64,000 nucleotides of DNA, taken from positions 587-64,586 of the forward strand of contig CAZUMS010000011.1 of assembly GCA_964621525.1 (NCBI GenBank). Reading direction: 5' to 3'. Both the position numbers and the translations under genes were made by a program. The stretch comes from an uncultured bacterium (lineage in GTDB: Bacteria > JAGRBM01 > JAHCIT01). The notes under the pieces are model-generated. The model saw only the letters and a program-made list of their open reading frames with translations. It had not been told where the DNA came from and did not search any database. Position 1 is the first letter of the stretch, and every line of letters starts with the position of its first letter. Below are positions 1 through 9,390 of the stretch, one piece after another.

Positions 1-369
1 TATCACCTGTCCTTCGATCTCGTCTCCAAGATCATGCAGAGGCTGAAGCGCGAGGGCTATGTGCAGAGCCACCAGGGCATTCTGGGTGGCTATAGCCTGT
101 CGGCCGACCTGAACCGGATCTCGCTCGCCGATTTCGTGGAGGCCATGGACGGTCCTCTCGGCATGATCGAGTGTGCGCGGCCTTCGGGCACGGACGGTGC
201 CGGCGCCCAGACCTGCATCCAGTTCAACCACTGCACGATCGTGGGTCCCATGCGCCGGCTGAACAGCCGCGTGCGGGACGTGCTTAAGCAGACCACGCTC
301 GGCGAGATTTTCGCGGAGATTTCCGATCCGGCCAAGGAAGGCCAGCGGCCCGAGGCCGCCGCCGTTTGA
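1..369 (+). CDS. Rrf2-family transcriptional regulator (IscR-like), 5' truncated by window edge
   Basis: Frame 1 is open from base 1 ([33 protein letters not shown], Rrf2 wHTH). Three Cys in the C-terminal half. Directly upstream of iscS. Confidence 0.85.
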   Translation, partial: YHLSFDLVSKIMQRLKREGYVQSHQGILGGYSLSADLNRISLADFVEAMDGPLGMIECARPSGTDGAGAQTCIQFNHCTIVGPMRRLNSRVRDVLKQTTLGEIFAEISDPAKEGQRPEAAAV

Positions 370-401
370 GGCGCTTTTCTGGAGGTTCACCGTCAGCAGC
401 C

Positions 402-1646
402 ATGCCGCAACTGAAGACACTCGATAACGGCGTCCGGATTCCGGTCTACATGGACCATAACGCCACGACGCCCGTGGACCCGGAAGTGCTCCAGATCATG
501 CTGCCGTACTTCTCTGAGGAGTTCGGCAACGCTGCGAGCCGGAGCCACGCCTACGGCTGGGCGGCCGAATCCGCCGTCGAGAAGGCGCGCGAGCAGCTGG
601 CGGCGCTGGTCGGCGCCTCGTCCAAGGAAATCGTCTTCACCTCGGGCGCCACCGAATCGGACAACATGGCCGTGCTCGGCGTCGCCGAGATGTACGAGGA
701 AAAGGGCAAGCACATCGTCACGACGAAGCTTGAGCACAAGGCGGTCCTCGACCCGTGCAAGTACCTGGAGAAGAAGGGCTGGCAGGTCACCTATCTGGAC
801 GTGGACCAGCATGGCCGGATCAGCCTGGACGCCCTGAAGGATGCCATTCGCCCGGATACGGTCCTCGTGTCGGTGATCTTCGCCAACAATGAGATCGGGA
901 CGATCCAGGACATCGAGGCGATCGGCAGGATCTGCAAGGACAGGAAGGTCGTCTTCCACACGGACGCCGTGCAGGCGCTCGGCAAGGTGAAGGTGGACGT
1001 GGAGCAGATGGGGATCGATCTCCTGTCCGTTTCCGCCCACAAGATGTACGGTCCCAAGGGGATCGGCGCCCTTTACGTGCGGCGCCGCAACCCCCGCGTG
1101 CGCGTAGCTCCGGTCATTCACGGCGGCGGTCACGAGCGCGGCATGCGGTCGGGTACGCTGAATGTCCCCGGCATCGTGGGCCTCGGCGCGGCGGCCGAAA
1201 AGGCGGGCCGTGTGTGGGAAGAGGAGAGCGGCCGCCTCAAGCAGCTCCGCGACAGGCTCTGGACGCGGTTCCAGAAGGAACTGGACGAAGTTCACCTGAA
1301 CGGCCATCCCGTCCACCGGCTGCCGAACAACCTGAACGTGTCGTTCGCCTTCGTCGAAGGCGAGTCGATGATGATGGCGATCAAGAATGTGGCTGTGAGT
1401 TCGGGTTCCGCCTGCACGTCGGCGAGCCTCGAGCCGAGCTACGTTCTCCGGGCGCTCGGCGTCGGCGAGGAACTGGCCCACAGCTCGATCCGGTTCGGGC
1501 TCGGGCGGTTCACGACCGAACAGGAAGTGGATTACGTGGCTGGGGAGGTGGTGGGCGCCGTCAGGCGTCTCCGCGACCTTTCCCCGCTTTATGAAATGTA
1601 CAAGGAAGGCATCGACCTGAAGACGGTCCAGTGGACGGGTCACTGA
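402..1646 (+). CDS. iscS: Cysteine desulfurase IscS
   Basis: [29 protein letters not shown] (PLP Lys), SSGSACTS (catalytic Cys). Start placed at ATG 402 after GGAGG. Confidence 0.97.
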   Translation: MPQLKTLDNGVRIPVYMDHNATTPVDPEVLQIMLPYFSEEFGNAASRSHAYGWAAESAVEKAREQLAALVGASSKEIVFTSGATESDNMAVLGVAEMYEEKGKHIVTTKLEHKAVLDPCKYLEKKGWQVTYLDVDQHGRISLDALKDAIRPDTVLVSVIFANNEIGTIQDIEAIGRICKDRKVVFHTDAVQALGKVKVDVEQMGIDLLSVSAHKMYGPKGIGALYVRRRNPRVRVAPVIHGGGHERGMRSGTLNVPGIVGLGAAAEKAGRVWEEESGRLKQLRDRLWTRFQKELDEVHLNGHPVHRLPNNLNVSFAFVEGESMMMAIKNVAVSSGSACTSASLEPSYVLRALGVGEELAHSSIRFGLGRFTTEQEVDYVAGEVVGAVRRLRDLSPLYEMYKEGIDLKTVQWTGH

Positions 1647-1687
1647 CTCCCGCTGCGGCGGTCCGGCAATAACAGAGGTAACGTCAC

Positions 1688-2083
1688 ATGGCATACAGCG
1701 ACAAGGTCATCGATCACTTCGAGAACCCCCGGAACATGGGCGCGCTCGACAAGTCGGACGAGAGCGTCGGCACGGGTGTTGTCGGCGCTCCCGAGTGCGG
1801 CGACGTGATGAAGCTGCAGATCAGGGTGGCGAACGGCGTCATCGAGGACGCGAAGTTCAAGACCTTCGGCTGCGGCAGCGCCATCGCCAGCTCGTCGCTC
1901 GCTACCGAGTGGGTGAAGGGCAAATCGGTGGAAGATGCTCTCAAGATCAAGAACACGGACATCGTGAACGAGCTGGCGCTCCCGCCGGTGAAGATCCACT
2001 GTTCCGTGCTCGCCGAGGACGCCATCAAGGCGGCGGTGAACGACTACCTGAAGAAGCAGGGCAAGGAGCCCTCCAAGAGCTGA
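1688..2083 (+). CDS. iscU: Fe-S cluster scaffold IscU
   Basis: MAYSDKVIDHFENPRN, GAPECGDVMKLQI, FKTFGCGSAIAS, LPPVKIHCSVLAEDA. Confidence 0.97.
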   Translation: MAYSDKVIDHFENPRNMGALDKSDESVGTGVVGAPECGDVMKLQIRVANGVIEDAKFKTFGCGSAIASSSLATEWVKGKSVEDALKIKNTDIVNELALPPVKIHCSVLAEDAIKAAVNDYLKKQGKEPSKS

Positions 2084-2086
2084 GCC

Positions 2087-2422
2087 ATGAGCGAACCGGT
2101 CATCACAATGACAGAGAAGGCCCGCGAGCAGGTGAGATACCTGATCGACAAGGAACAGCTCGGCGAAGTAGGCCTGCGGGTCGCGGTCGTGGGCGGCGGC
2201 TGCTCGGGCATGAGCTACCGGCTCGCCTTCGAGAAGGACCCGGGCCAGTTTGACCGTATCCAGGACGAGAGCGGCCTCCGGGTGTTCATCGACCCCAAGA
2301 GCTCGCTCTACCTACAGGGTATCCAGATCGACTACGCGGACGGCCTCGAGGGTTCCGGCTTCACGTTCCAGAACCCGAATGCCTCCAAGAGCTGCAGTTG
2401 CGGCGAATCGTTCGCCGCGTAA
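2087..2422 (+). CDS. iscA: Fe-S carrier IscA/HesB family
   Basis: GGGCSGMSY and C-terminal CSCGESF motifs; position in the isc operon. Confidence 0.93.
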   Translation: MSEPVITMTEKAREQVRYLIDKEQLGEVGLRVAVVGGGCSGMSYRLAFEKDPGQFDRIQDESGLRVFIDPKSSLYLQGIQIDYADGLEGSGFTFQNPNASKSCSCGESFAA

Positions 2423-2440
2423 ACGCGGAACAGTAACGCC

Positions 2441-3103
2441 ATCAGCGACACGGTCTGCCAGGGTTGTGGAAAGCCGGTGAGGCCGGCGGAGCCGCTCTGT
2501 CCTGCCTGCGGCTGGGTTCAGCCGCTCCGCGGAGACGAAGACCTGTTCACGGTGCTCGGGCTTCCGCGCACGCTGGAACCGGATCTGAAAGCGGCCGAGA
2601 GCCGGTTCTACGAGCTGTCCCGAAGGCTTCACCCGGACCGGTTCGGGAAGAAACCCGAACAGCTAGAGAACGCGATGCAGCGTTCGGCGCTTCTGAACGA
2701 CGCCTGGCGGACGATGCGCGACCCCACCGCCCGGCTCGACTATTTCCTCGGGCTCGAGGAGAAGGAACTGGAGATTCCGGCGGGAGCTTCCGCCGGGGCT
2801 AAGGCTCAGGTCCCGGCCGAGCTTGCGGAAGACTATTTCGAGATGCAGGAAGCGCTGATGGACGGGGAGAGCGGAGCGCTCCGGAAGATTTCGGAACGCC
2901 TGGAGGCTCTCGAGACGGAGAACCGGCAGGCGGCCTCCAGGCTCTCGGCCCGCTGGAAATCGGAGGGGCTGGAAAATCCTGGGGAGAGGGCGGGCAACGG
3001 AGCGCTCCGGCGGGAGATCGCCGGGGAACTGCGGAAGTTGAAAACAGCCGGGCAGTATCTCTATCGCATGCGTGAAGATATTCGCCGGCGGACCGGCGGT
3101 TAA
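2441..3103 (+). CDS. hscB: Co-chaperone HscB with N-terminal tetracysteine Zn-finger (start uncertain: GTG 2477 or a non-canonical codon upstream)
   Basis: J-domain LHPDRF, SALLNDAWRTMRDP; in-frame CQGC (2456-2467) and CPAC; lies between iscA and hscA. Confidence 0.9.
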   Translation: MSDTVCQGCGKPVRPAEPLCPACGWVQPLRGDEDLFTVLGLPRTLEPDLKAAESRFYELSRRLHPDRFGKKPEQLENAMQRSALLNDAWRTMRDPTARLDYFLGLEEKELEIPAGASAGAKAQVPAELAEDYFEMQEALMDGESGALRKISERLEALETENRQAASRLSARWKSEGLENPGERAGNGALRREIAGELRKLKTAGQYLYRMREDIRRRTGG

Positions 3104-3115
3104 GGAGCAGGTTTC

Positions 3116-5044
3116 ATGGCGCGTCCGATCATGATCGACATGTCGGCTATCAAGGGGAAGAAGGAAAAGGCCCCGGTCATCGGCATCGACCTCGGCACGA
3201 CGAACAGTCTCGTCGCCGTCTCGGACCAGGGCGGCCCCCGCATCCTAGTGGACTGCGACGCCCAGCCGCTGGTGCCGTCGATGATCGCCTTCACCGGTGA
3301 CGGAATCATGGTCGGCGACCGGGCGAAGGCACAGCGGCTTCTGAACCCCGAGCTCACGCTCTTTTCCGTCAAGCGGTTCATGGGCAAAAGCTATGACGAA
3401 GTGAAGCCATTTATCGGCGGGCTTCCCTACAAGGTTGAGCCTACGGGCAAGGAGATGGTGAACTTCAACGTGGGCGGCCGGAAGATCAATCCGGTCGAGG
3501 CGTCCTCGCTCATCCTCGGTGAGCTGAAGGACCGGGCGGAGACAGTGCTGAAGCTGCCGGTGGAGGATGCCGTCATCACGGTGCCGGCCTACTTCAACGA
3601 CAGCCAGCGGCAGGCGACGAAGCTTGCGGGCGAGATCGCCGGGCTGAATGTGGTCCGGATTATCAACGAACCCACGGCGGCCGCACTCGCCTACGGTCTC
3701 GACAAGAAGAAGCAGGGCCTGATCGCCGTTTATGACCTGGGCGGCGGCACATTCGACATTTCGGTCCTGAATCTCAGGGACGGCGTATTCGAGGTGAAGT
3801 CCACGAACGGCGACACGCAGCTCGGCGGCGACGATTTCGACAGCGCCTTCGCCGCGTTCGTCAACGATTGCTGCAAGCGGGATACCGGTAAGGACCTGCT
3901 GGCGACGCCGGTGGGCCGTGCCGTGCTCAAGGCCGAGTGCGAGCGGGTGAAAATCCGCCTCTCGGACGAACCGGGTGCGCATCTTGAAGTGAAGGCTGGC
4001 GACTTCAGTTACAGCCGTACTGTTTCACGCAGCGAATTCGAGGGGATCATCCGTCCCATCGTGGATCGCACGGGCCGGATCGTCCGGGCGGCTCTCGCCG
4101 ACGCGGGGGTCTCGCCCAAGGAAATCGACGAGGTGGTTATGGTGGGCGGTTCCACCCGGGTGCCCTTCGTCCGCAAGTACGTGGAAGACCTGTTCGGCCG
4201 CCGTCCGCATACGGAGATCAATCCCGATGCTGTGGTTGCGCTCGGGGCCGCCGTCCAGGGAGAGATTCTCTCCGGCGGCCGCGACGATCTGCTGCTGCTC
4301 GACGTGATTCCGCTCTCCCTCGGCATCGAGACTCTGGGCGGCGCGATGGCGAAGCTCGTTCACCGGAACACGACGATTCCGTCGCTCGCGAAGGAGAACT
4401 TCACCACCTTCGCCGATGGCCAGACAAAGGTGGCGATCAACATCTACCAGGGAGAACGCGAACTCGTTCAGGACTGCCGCCTGCTCGGCAAATTCGAGCT
4501 GACCGATATCCCGCCCCTTCCGGCGGGCGTCCCGCGCATTGAGGTGTCGTTTCTCGTCGATGCGAACGGCATCCTGAAAGTGACGGCTAAGGAGCTCCGT
4601 ACGGGGCGCGCCGCCCAGATTCAGGTGGAACCGGCCTCGGGGCTCGACGAAACGACCATCGAACGGATGCTGAAGGACTCCATCGTGAACGCGCAGGCGG
4701 ATCTCGAGATGCGCCAGCTGCTGGAACTCCGGGTCGAGGCCGAAACGATGGTCCGGGCGACCGAAAAAGCGCTCGCCAAGGGCAACGTAAAGCTCTCTCC
4801 GCCCGACAGGATGCGGATCGATCAGGCGCTTCTGACCACCAAGGCCGCCGCGCAGGGGACCGACCGGAACCTGCTTCAGGCCTGCATTCAGGAACTGGAT
4901 CGGGCGACGCACGGCCTTGCAGAGGAACTCATCAACAGTTCCATCCAGAACGCTCTCGGCGGCCAGGAGGCGAGCGCCATCGCCGGCACGAAGCTTGTCC
5001 AGAACGCCGATGAGAGCGGCGGCCACCCGCCGAAACGCTCCTGA
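3116..5044 (+). CDS. hscA: Hsp70-family Fe-S chaperone HscA
   Basis: GIDLGTTNS, TVPAYFNDSQRQAT, DLGGGTFDIS, GGDDFD; operon context. Confidence 0.93.
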   Translation: MARPIMIDMSAIKGKKEKAPVIGIDLGTTNSLVAVSDQGGPRILVDCDAQPLVPSMIAFTGDGIMVGDRAKAQRLLNPELTLFSVKRFMGKSYDEVKPFIGGLPYKVEPTGKEMVNFNVGGRKINPVEASSLILGELKDRAETVLKLPVEDAVITVPAYFNDSQRQATKLAGEIAGLNVVRIINEPTAAALAYGLDKKKQGLIAVYDLGGGTFDISVLNLRDGVFEVKSTNGDTQLGGDDFDSAFAAFVNDCCKRDTGKDLLATPVGRAVLKAECERVKIRLSDEPGAHLEVKAGDFSYSRTVSRSEFEGIIRPIVDRTGRIVRAALADAGVSPKEIDEVVMVGGSTRVPFVRKYVEDLFGRRPHTEINPDAVVALGAAVQGEILSGGRDDLLLLDVIPLSLGIETLGGAMAKLVHRNTTIPSLAKENFTTFADGQTKVAINIYQGERELVQDCRLLGKFELTDIPPLPAGVPRIEVSFLVDANGILKVTAKELRTGRAAQIQVEPASGLDETTIERMLKDSIVNAQADLEMRQLLELRVEAETMVRATEKALAKGNVKLSPPDRMRIDQALLTTKAAAQGTDRNLLQACIQELDRATHGLAEELINSSIQNALGGQEASAIAGTKLVQNADESGGHPPKRS

Positions 5045-5334
5045 TGGCTTCCGTCCTGTTCCGTCCTTCGGGCGTCACGGCGGAGATTTCTCCGGGAACA
5101 TCCGTTCTCGAGGCGGCCCTCGCCGCCGCCACGGGACTTGGTCACGAATGCGGCGGCCAGGGCCGGTGCACCACCTGCCATGTGATTGTTGAATCGGGGC
5201 GGCAGTTGCTCTCACCCGCTTCCGAAGCGGAGGCGATGAAGCTGTCCGCTGCGAGAGGGGTCACGGCGTTCTCCCGGCTGGCCTGTCAGGCACGGGCAGA
5301 AGGTGACGGCCGGATCGTCGTCCGGATTCCCTAG
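5044..5334 (+). CDS. fdx: ISC-type [2Fe-2S] ferredoxin
   Basis: HECGGQGRCTTCHV...SRLACQ (C-x5-C-x2-C...C); start overlaps the hscA stop. Confidence 0.9.
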   Translation: MASVLFRPSGVTAEISPGTSVLEAALAAATGLGHECGGQGRCTTCHVIVESGRQLLSPASEAEAMKLSAARGVTAFSRLACQARAEGDGRIVVRIP

Positions 5335-6107
5335 ACGCGGTCCACGAGGGACGGGTACCGGCGATTGTAATAGAGGATCCCTCCCGCCAGAAGCAGGAGA
5401 TTAACCGCCATAGCCGCTCCCCAGACTTCAGGGGGACCAACGCGGCCTTCAATGACGGCGAGGCGCCCGAGCGCCGCCCACTGGGCGAGCGGGTTAAAGC
5501 CGAGCGAGGCTGTTCCCAGAAAACCCGGGAGCTGTTCCTGCGGGTAGAAAACCGGCGAGAGAAACAGCCATGCCTGGAGGGCCCACTGGAGCAGCGGCTG
5601 GAACTCCCGCCGTTCGGTGAAAAACGCCGCCGAGAGGAGGGCGAGACCTGCGAGGCCTGCGGTCTGGATGGCGAGCACGAGCGGAAGGAGCAGTATCGCC
5701 GGGCTCCCCCGGCCCCCGGCCACGAGAACCGTCAGGCCGATTCCTGTCGCGATCAGTTGCGAGATCATCGCCGGGCCCAGGGGCACCAGCGGAACGGCGT
5801 ACTTTGGAACCGGATACGAGCGGACGAGCGAAGCCCGTTCGAAGAACGAGAGGCTCGACCGCATGATCGTTTCCTGAAGCGCAAGGTAGGGCAGCAGGCC
5901 CAGAAAAAGTGCCGAGATGTAGCCGGTGAATCCGCCGCCGCCGAAGCGTACGTCGAGAATGCCGAAGAACACGCCGGTCATGAAGGCGAGGTAAAAGAGC
6001 GGCTGGAGCACGACCCAGACCTTTGCGAAACGGCTGCCGCCGTAGCGGACCTTGAGGTCCGTCATTACCAGCGTTCGGTAAACGGCGAAACCGGAAGCCG
6101 CGCTCAC
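5331..6107 (-). CDS. ABC-2 transporter permease (Wzm-like polysaccharide exporter)
   Basis: DLKVRYGGS, WVVLQPL, FLSPVFYP, NPLA; about 6 hydrophobic segments. Confidence 0.85.
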   Translation of the reverse strand: MSAASGFAVYRTLVMTDLKVRYGGSRFAKVWVVLQPLFYLAFMTGVFFGILDVRFGGGGFTGYISALFLGLLPYLALQETIMRSSLSFFERASLVRSYPVPKYAVPLVPLGPAMISQLIATGIGLTVLVAGGRGSPAILLLPLVLAIQTAGLAGLALLSAAFFTERREFQPLLQWALQAWLFLSPVFYPQEQLPGFLGTASLGFNPLAQWAALGRLAVIEGRVGPPEVWGAAMAVNLLLLAGGILYYNRRYPSLVDRV

Positions 6108-7297
6108 CGTTCGCCCTCCTGACGGAAGCTCACAGGCAGGCGGAATACGCCGGCCCGAAGCTCGAAGTTGCTCCGGCTGTTGTCGATGCTGAAAAAACGC
6201 CTGCCGGTCTCATAGTCGAAATATCCGACGACGAGGCCCTTGGGGATCAGGGCGATGTTCAGGCTGTATTCGCCGGTCGTGAGCGGGATCTCGGGGCAGT
6301 CGCCCCGCAGCAGGGTCCGGGTGCGGCCGCCATCCGGCGCATCGAATTCGTAGCCAAACTGAGAGACCAGCAGTCCGTCGCTACGGTAGACATAGAACGA
6401 GACAAGCATCGAGGGGAGCGGGACGTCACCTTCAAGAGATACTTCGAAGCCGAACCGCCCGCCGGTGGAGAAGCTGCGGGCTTCAAAGCCGTCAGGACCC
6501 AGAAGCCGGAATCCGGCGATCCTGACCGGCATCGCGGCGGAGGTGTGGTGGATCCATCCGGACGTCGCGCCGAAGGCGTGGGCAGGGAGTTCGCGGGAGT
6601 CTCCCGAAGAGCGCTTGTAGGCATCGAGGACGCCCGCACTCGGGCCGTCATCCCTGATTTTACCCCGGTCCAGCCAGATCGTCCGGCGGCAGAGCATCTC
6701 GATCCGGTAGAGGTCGTGGGAGGCGAAAATGACGGTGGTGCCCCGCTCGAGCAGCGAGATTACGCGCCGGTTGCATTTCACCTGGAACTCCTCGTCCCCT
6801 ACGAGCAGCAGTTCATCGAGAAGCAGCAGGTCGCCGACAAACGCCGTCGCAGCGGAGAAGCCGAGCCGGAGAATCATCCCCTGCGAGTAGGAGGCCAGAG
6901 GCTCAGCCAGTTTTCCTCCAAGTCCGCTGAACGCGGCCGCTTCCCCGTGGAGGCGGTCGAGATCGCCAGCGGGAGCCCCCTGGAGCTGGAGGGCAAGGCG
7001 GAGGTTCTCGGATCCGGTGAGGACGGGGGAGAACGGGGCCGTGAGTTCCAGAACCGACGTGACGCGCCCGTGTATCTGAAGGTTGCCGGAGTTCGGGTGC
7101 AGGATCCCGGCGGCGAGCCGGAGCAGGGTGGTTTTGCCTGCACCGTTGGGGCCCACGAGCCCGAGAGCTTCTCCCCCCGGCACCTCGAACGAAACGCCCG
7201 ACAGGGCCCAGGTTCCGCCGCCGGATTCGAACGGACGGGGCGGGCGTCCGCGGCCGAACCACTTTCCGAGCTGATCGGTCTTGAGCCGGGGCTTCAT
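6104..7297 (-). CDS. ABC transporter ATP-binding protein (Wzt-like) with C-terminal carbohydrate-binding-type domain
   Basis: Walker A GPNGAGKTT, YSQGMILRLGF signature, LLLDELLLVGD, SHD; C-terminal beta domain with LTTGEYSLNIA. Confidence 0.88.
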   Translation of the reverse strand: MKPRLKTDQLGKWFGRGRPPRPFESGGGTWALSGVSFEVPGGEALGLVGPNGAGKTTLLRLAAGILHPNSGNLQIHGRVTSVLELTAPFSPVLTGSENLRLALQLQGAPAGDLDRLHGEAAAFSGLGGKLAEPLASYSQGMILRLGFSAATAFVGDLLLLDELLLVGDEEFQVKCNRRVISLLERGTTVIFASHDLYRIEMLCRRTIWLDRGKIRDDGPSAGVLDAYKRSSGDSRELPAHAFGATSGWIHHTSAAMPVRIAGFRLLGPDGFEARSFSTGGRFGFEVSLEGDVPLPSMLVSFYVYRSDGLLVSQFGYEFDAPDGGRTRTLLRGDCPEIPLTTGEYSLNIALIPKGLVVGYFDYETGRRFFSIDNSRSNFELRAGVFRLPVSFRQEGER

Positions 7298-8226
7298 GTG
7301 TCTCCGGGACCGCCGCCGTCCCGTTTGTCAGCAGGCGGGGACCTGAATCCCTCCGGCAGAACCCAGCCGGGAATCCTGAGATCGCGCCGGCCTGCCTCGA
7401 CAGCAAGCCGGTGGAGCCACCGGTAGAGGGCGGACTGGCGCAGGTCGCGGAGATCGCTTTTCAGCCCTTCGATCTCCCGGGCGAGATGCGAGATGACGCC
7501 TTCGAAGCGTCCGGTACTTTCAGCTTCGAATCCGGACAGGGGGCCGAGGGCTGTCGCCGAGGCGATGGCCGGAAGCTTGCGCATGGACGCAGCGGCTGCC
7601 CAGCCCCGGTGTTCGAGTTCCGGAAGGCGGAGGGTGGTTTCCTCATGGCCGAACGGAAGCACGGTGGCGCCGGCATAGGTCACGAGCCGGAACAGCCGGA
7701 CATGGGGGAAATGCTGCCGCATGAGTCCCAGCAGGCGGCTATGGGTGAACCGGTTCCGGTGATAGGGGTTTGCCGCCGGGAGCAAACCGTCGTTCGGGAC
7801 GCTGACGATCACGAGACCGTCGGGTTTCACGACGCGGCGGCATTCTGCAACCGCTGCATCGGGCTGGTCCAGATGCTCGATCACCTCGAGAGCGGTGACG
7901 AGGTCGAACGACCGGTCGGCGTAAGGAAGGGTTTCGGCGGGTCCTTTCTGAAGATGCACGTTCGGATACCCGGCAAGTTGCTGGCGCACGGCATCGAGGG
8001 CCTCTTCCGAACCGTCGATACCGAACAGTTCCGCGGCGCCGTTCCGGGCCGCGAGTTCCAGCATGAGGCCTTCGCCGCAGCCCACATCAAGAATCCGCTT
8101 GCCGGCCGTCAGCTGGGCGATAAAACGGTACCTCGCCTCGTGTTCGAGGCTGAGCTGCGTCCGCCGGCCATAGGCTGCCGCAGACAGGCGCTCAGGCGCC
8201 GTATCGTCCGGAATTCCGTTTCCCAC
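7294..8226 (-). CDS. Class I SAM-dependent methyltransferase with C-terminal coiled coil (WbdD-like)
   Basis: EHEARY, ILDVGCGEG, FDLVTALEVIEHL; heptad-like HLAREIEGLKSDLRDLRQS. Confidence 0.8.
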   Translation of the reverse strand: MGNGIPDDTAPERLSAAAYGRRTQLSLEHEARYRFIAQLTAGKRILDVGCGEGLMLELAARNGAAELFGIDGSEEALDAVRQQLAGYPNVHLQKGPAETLPYADRSFDLVTALEVIEHLDQPDAAVAECRRVVKPDGLVIVSVPNDGLLPAANPYHRNRFTHSRLLGLMRQHFPHVRLFRLVTYAGATVLPFGHEETTLRLPELEHRGWAAAASMRKLPAIASATALGPLSGFEAESTGRFEGVISHLAREIEGLKSDLRDLRQSALYRWLHRLAVEAGRRDLRIPGWVLPEGFRSPPADKRDGGGPGDT

Positions 8227-8291
8227 CGTCAGGCCGATTATACCGCAAATCGGGCGGAAACCACCCGGAGATGGATCACGGCGGCCTGGGG

Positions 8292-8666
8292 CTATTTGCG
8301 CAGTTCGATGCCGAGCAGGCCGGCGCAGGTACGGGATATTTCAGTTACGTTGGACGGCTTACGGAGAAACTGGTTCGCGCCTTCGGTCACGGCGACCATC
8401 TTGAGGTCGATGGCCGAGTAAAAAAGGATCGGGAGAACCGAGCCGTTCGGCATGGTACGAACACGTTTCAGGGTCTCGAGGCCATCGATTTTCGGCATCA
8501 GGTGATCCAGCACCATGAGGTCGAACGTCTCTTTCTCAAGTAGTTCGATGGCGTCGATTCCGGACGGCACCATGGTCACGGTCACATCCAGCGCCCGCTC
8601 GAGCGTCGTCTTGAGCAGCTTCGAGAGGTTCGGATCGTCGTCACATACGAGAACGCGCTTGGACAA
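8292..8666 (-). CDS. Single-domain response regulator receiver
   Basis: VLVCDDD, MVLDHLMPKIDG (phospho-Asp), FLRKP. Confidence 0.9.
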   Translation of the reverse strand: MSKRVLVCDDDPNLSKLLKTTLERALDVTVTMVPSGIDAIELLEKETFDLMVLDHLMPKIDGLETLKRVRTMPNGSVLPILFYSAIDLKMVAVTEGANQFLRKPSNVTEISRTCAGLLGIELRK

Positions 8667-8716
8667 CTGGAAGGGCTCCCTCTCCGCCCCATCGGACGGA
8701 TGGATATGCTGCGGAA

Positions 8717-8938
8717 TCAGATCCGCCGCCGGATTTCGTCGGCGAATTCCGGGCGTTTGAAGCTGGTTGTGGAGAGAATATGGGACAGCCCCAGCCGGAA
8801 ATCGTTTTCCTGGCCGGTCTGGCGATACCGTTTCTCGAGGACATCGAGGCGGACAGACCAGTCTTCCGGGGTCCAGGACAGCTCGTGCGCCTGGATCAGG
8901 GCCTGGATCACTGGAGGGTTTTGCTTCGGTGAGGGCAT
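8717..8938 (-). CDS. Small hypothetical protein
   Basis: 73-aa ORF with protein-like composition in a co-oriented gap; no motif recognised. Confidence 0.4.
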   Translation of the reverse strand: MPSPKQNPPVIQALIQAHELSWTPEDWSVRLDVLEKRYRQTGQENDFRLGLSHILSTTSFKRPEFADEIRRRI

Positions 8939-9035
8939 AATGAGGATTCCTGTCCCTCCCTTTGGGGACGGGCGGGTTACATAGTTACTTCGCCGCCTTG
9001 CGGCAAGCTGGCCGGAACGGCGGGGTCAAGAGGGG

Positions 9036-9320
9036 TTATTTCATCAGGCGGTGGCCGAGTTCGTTTTCATCCAGATAGTGGAGGAAGATAGTCCGGGAAT
9101 CCGAAGGGGCGGCGAAGGCCAGCCGGCCGTCCCGCTTGCCCTCCAGTTCGATGGCGGAACCGGGCTCCAGCCGGATTCTGGACCCTTCGGGAAGGGTATC
9201 GCCCGGGTGCAATGTCTGCTGTCCGCTCCGGACCGCGGCCAGCCGCTGAACGGTGCCTCGGACGGCAAGCACCTGGAGGGGCCCCCGCGCGCGGATGGAT
9301 TCAAAGGGAACAGCCGTCAT
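9036..9320 (-). CDS. Hypothetical protein, FecR-N-like beta domain
   Basis: VLAVRGTVQ...LHPGDTLPEGSRIRLEPGSAIEL pattern. Start moved to ATG 9320 to avoid overlap with the kinase gene. Confidence 0.5.
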   Translation of the reverse strand: MTAVPFESIRARGPLQVLAVRGTVQRLAAVRSGQQTLHPGDTLPEGSRIRLEPGSAIELEGKRDGRLAFAAPSDSRTIFLHYLDENELGHRLMK

Positions 9321-9390
9321 AATTGGGGAGAGGATGGCATGGTCCGGCCGCCGCGGCGAGCCGGACGGAGATTGAGACCGGGACGTAAGA

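Noticed and set aside
402-1646. IscS as sulfur donor for a phosphorothioate (Dnd) system with the DGQHR gene
   Set aside because: No dndC, dndD, dndE or ssp genes are in the window. iscS sits in a canonical isc operon about 52 kb away, and the DGQHR operon carries a methyltransferase instead.
3245-5026. Long antisense ORFs opposite hscA
   Set aside because: Antisense open frames are a known by-product of Hsp70-family codon usage; no motifs or SD.
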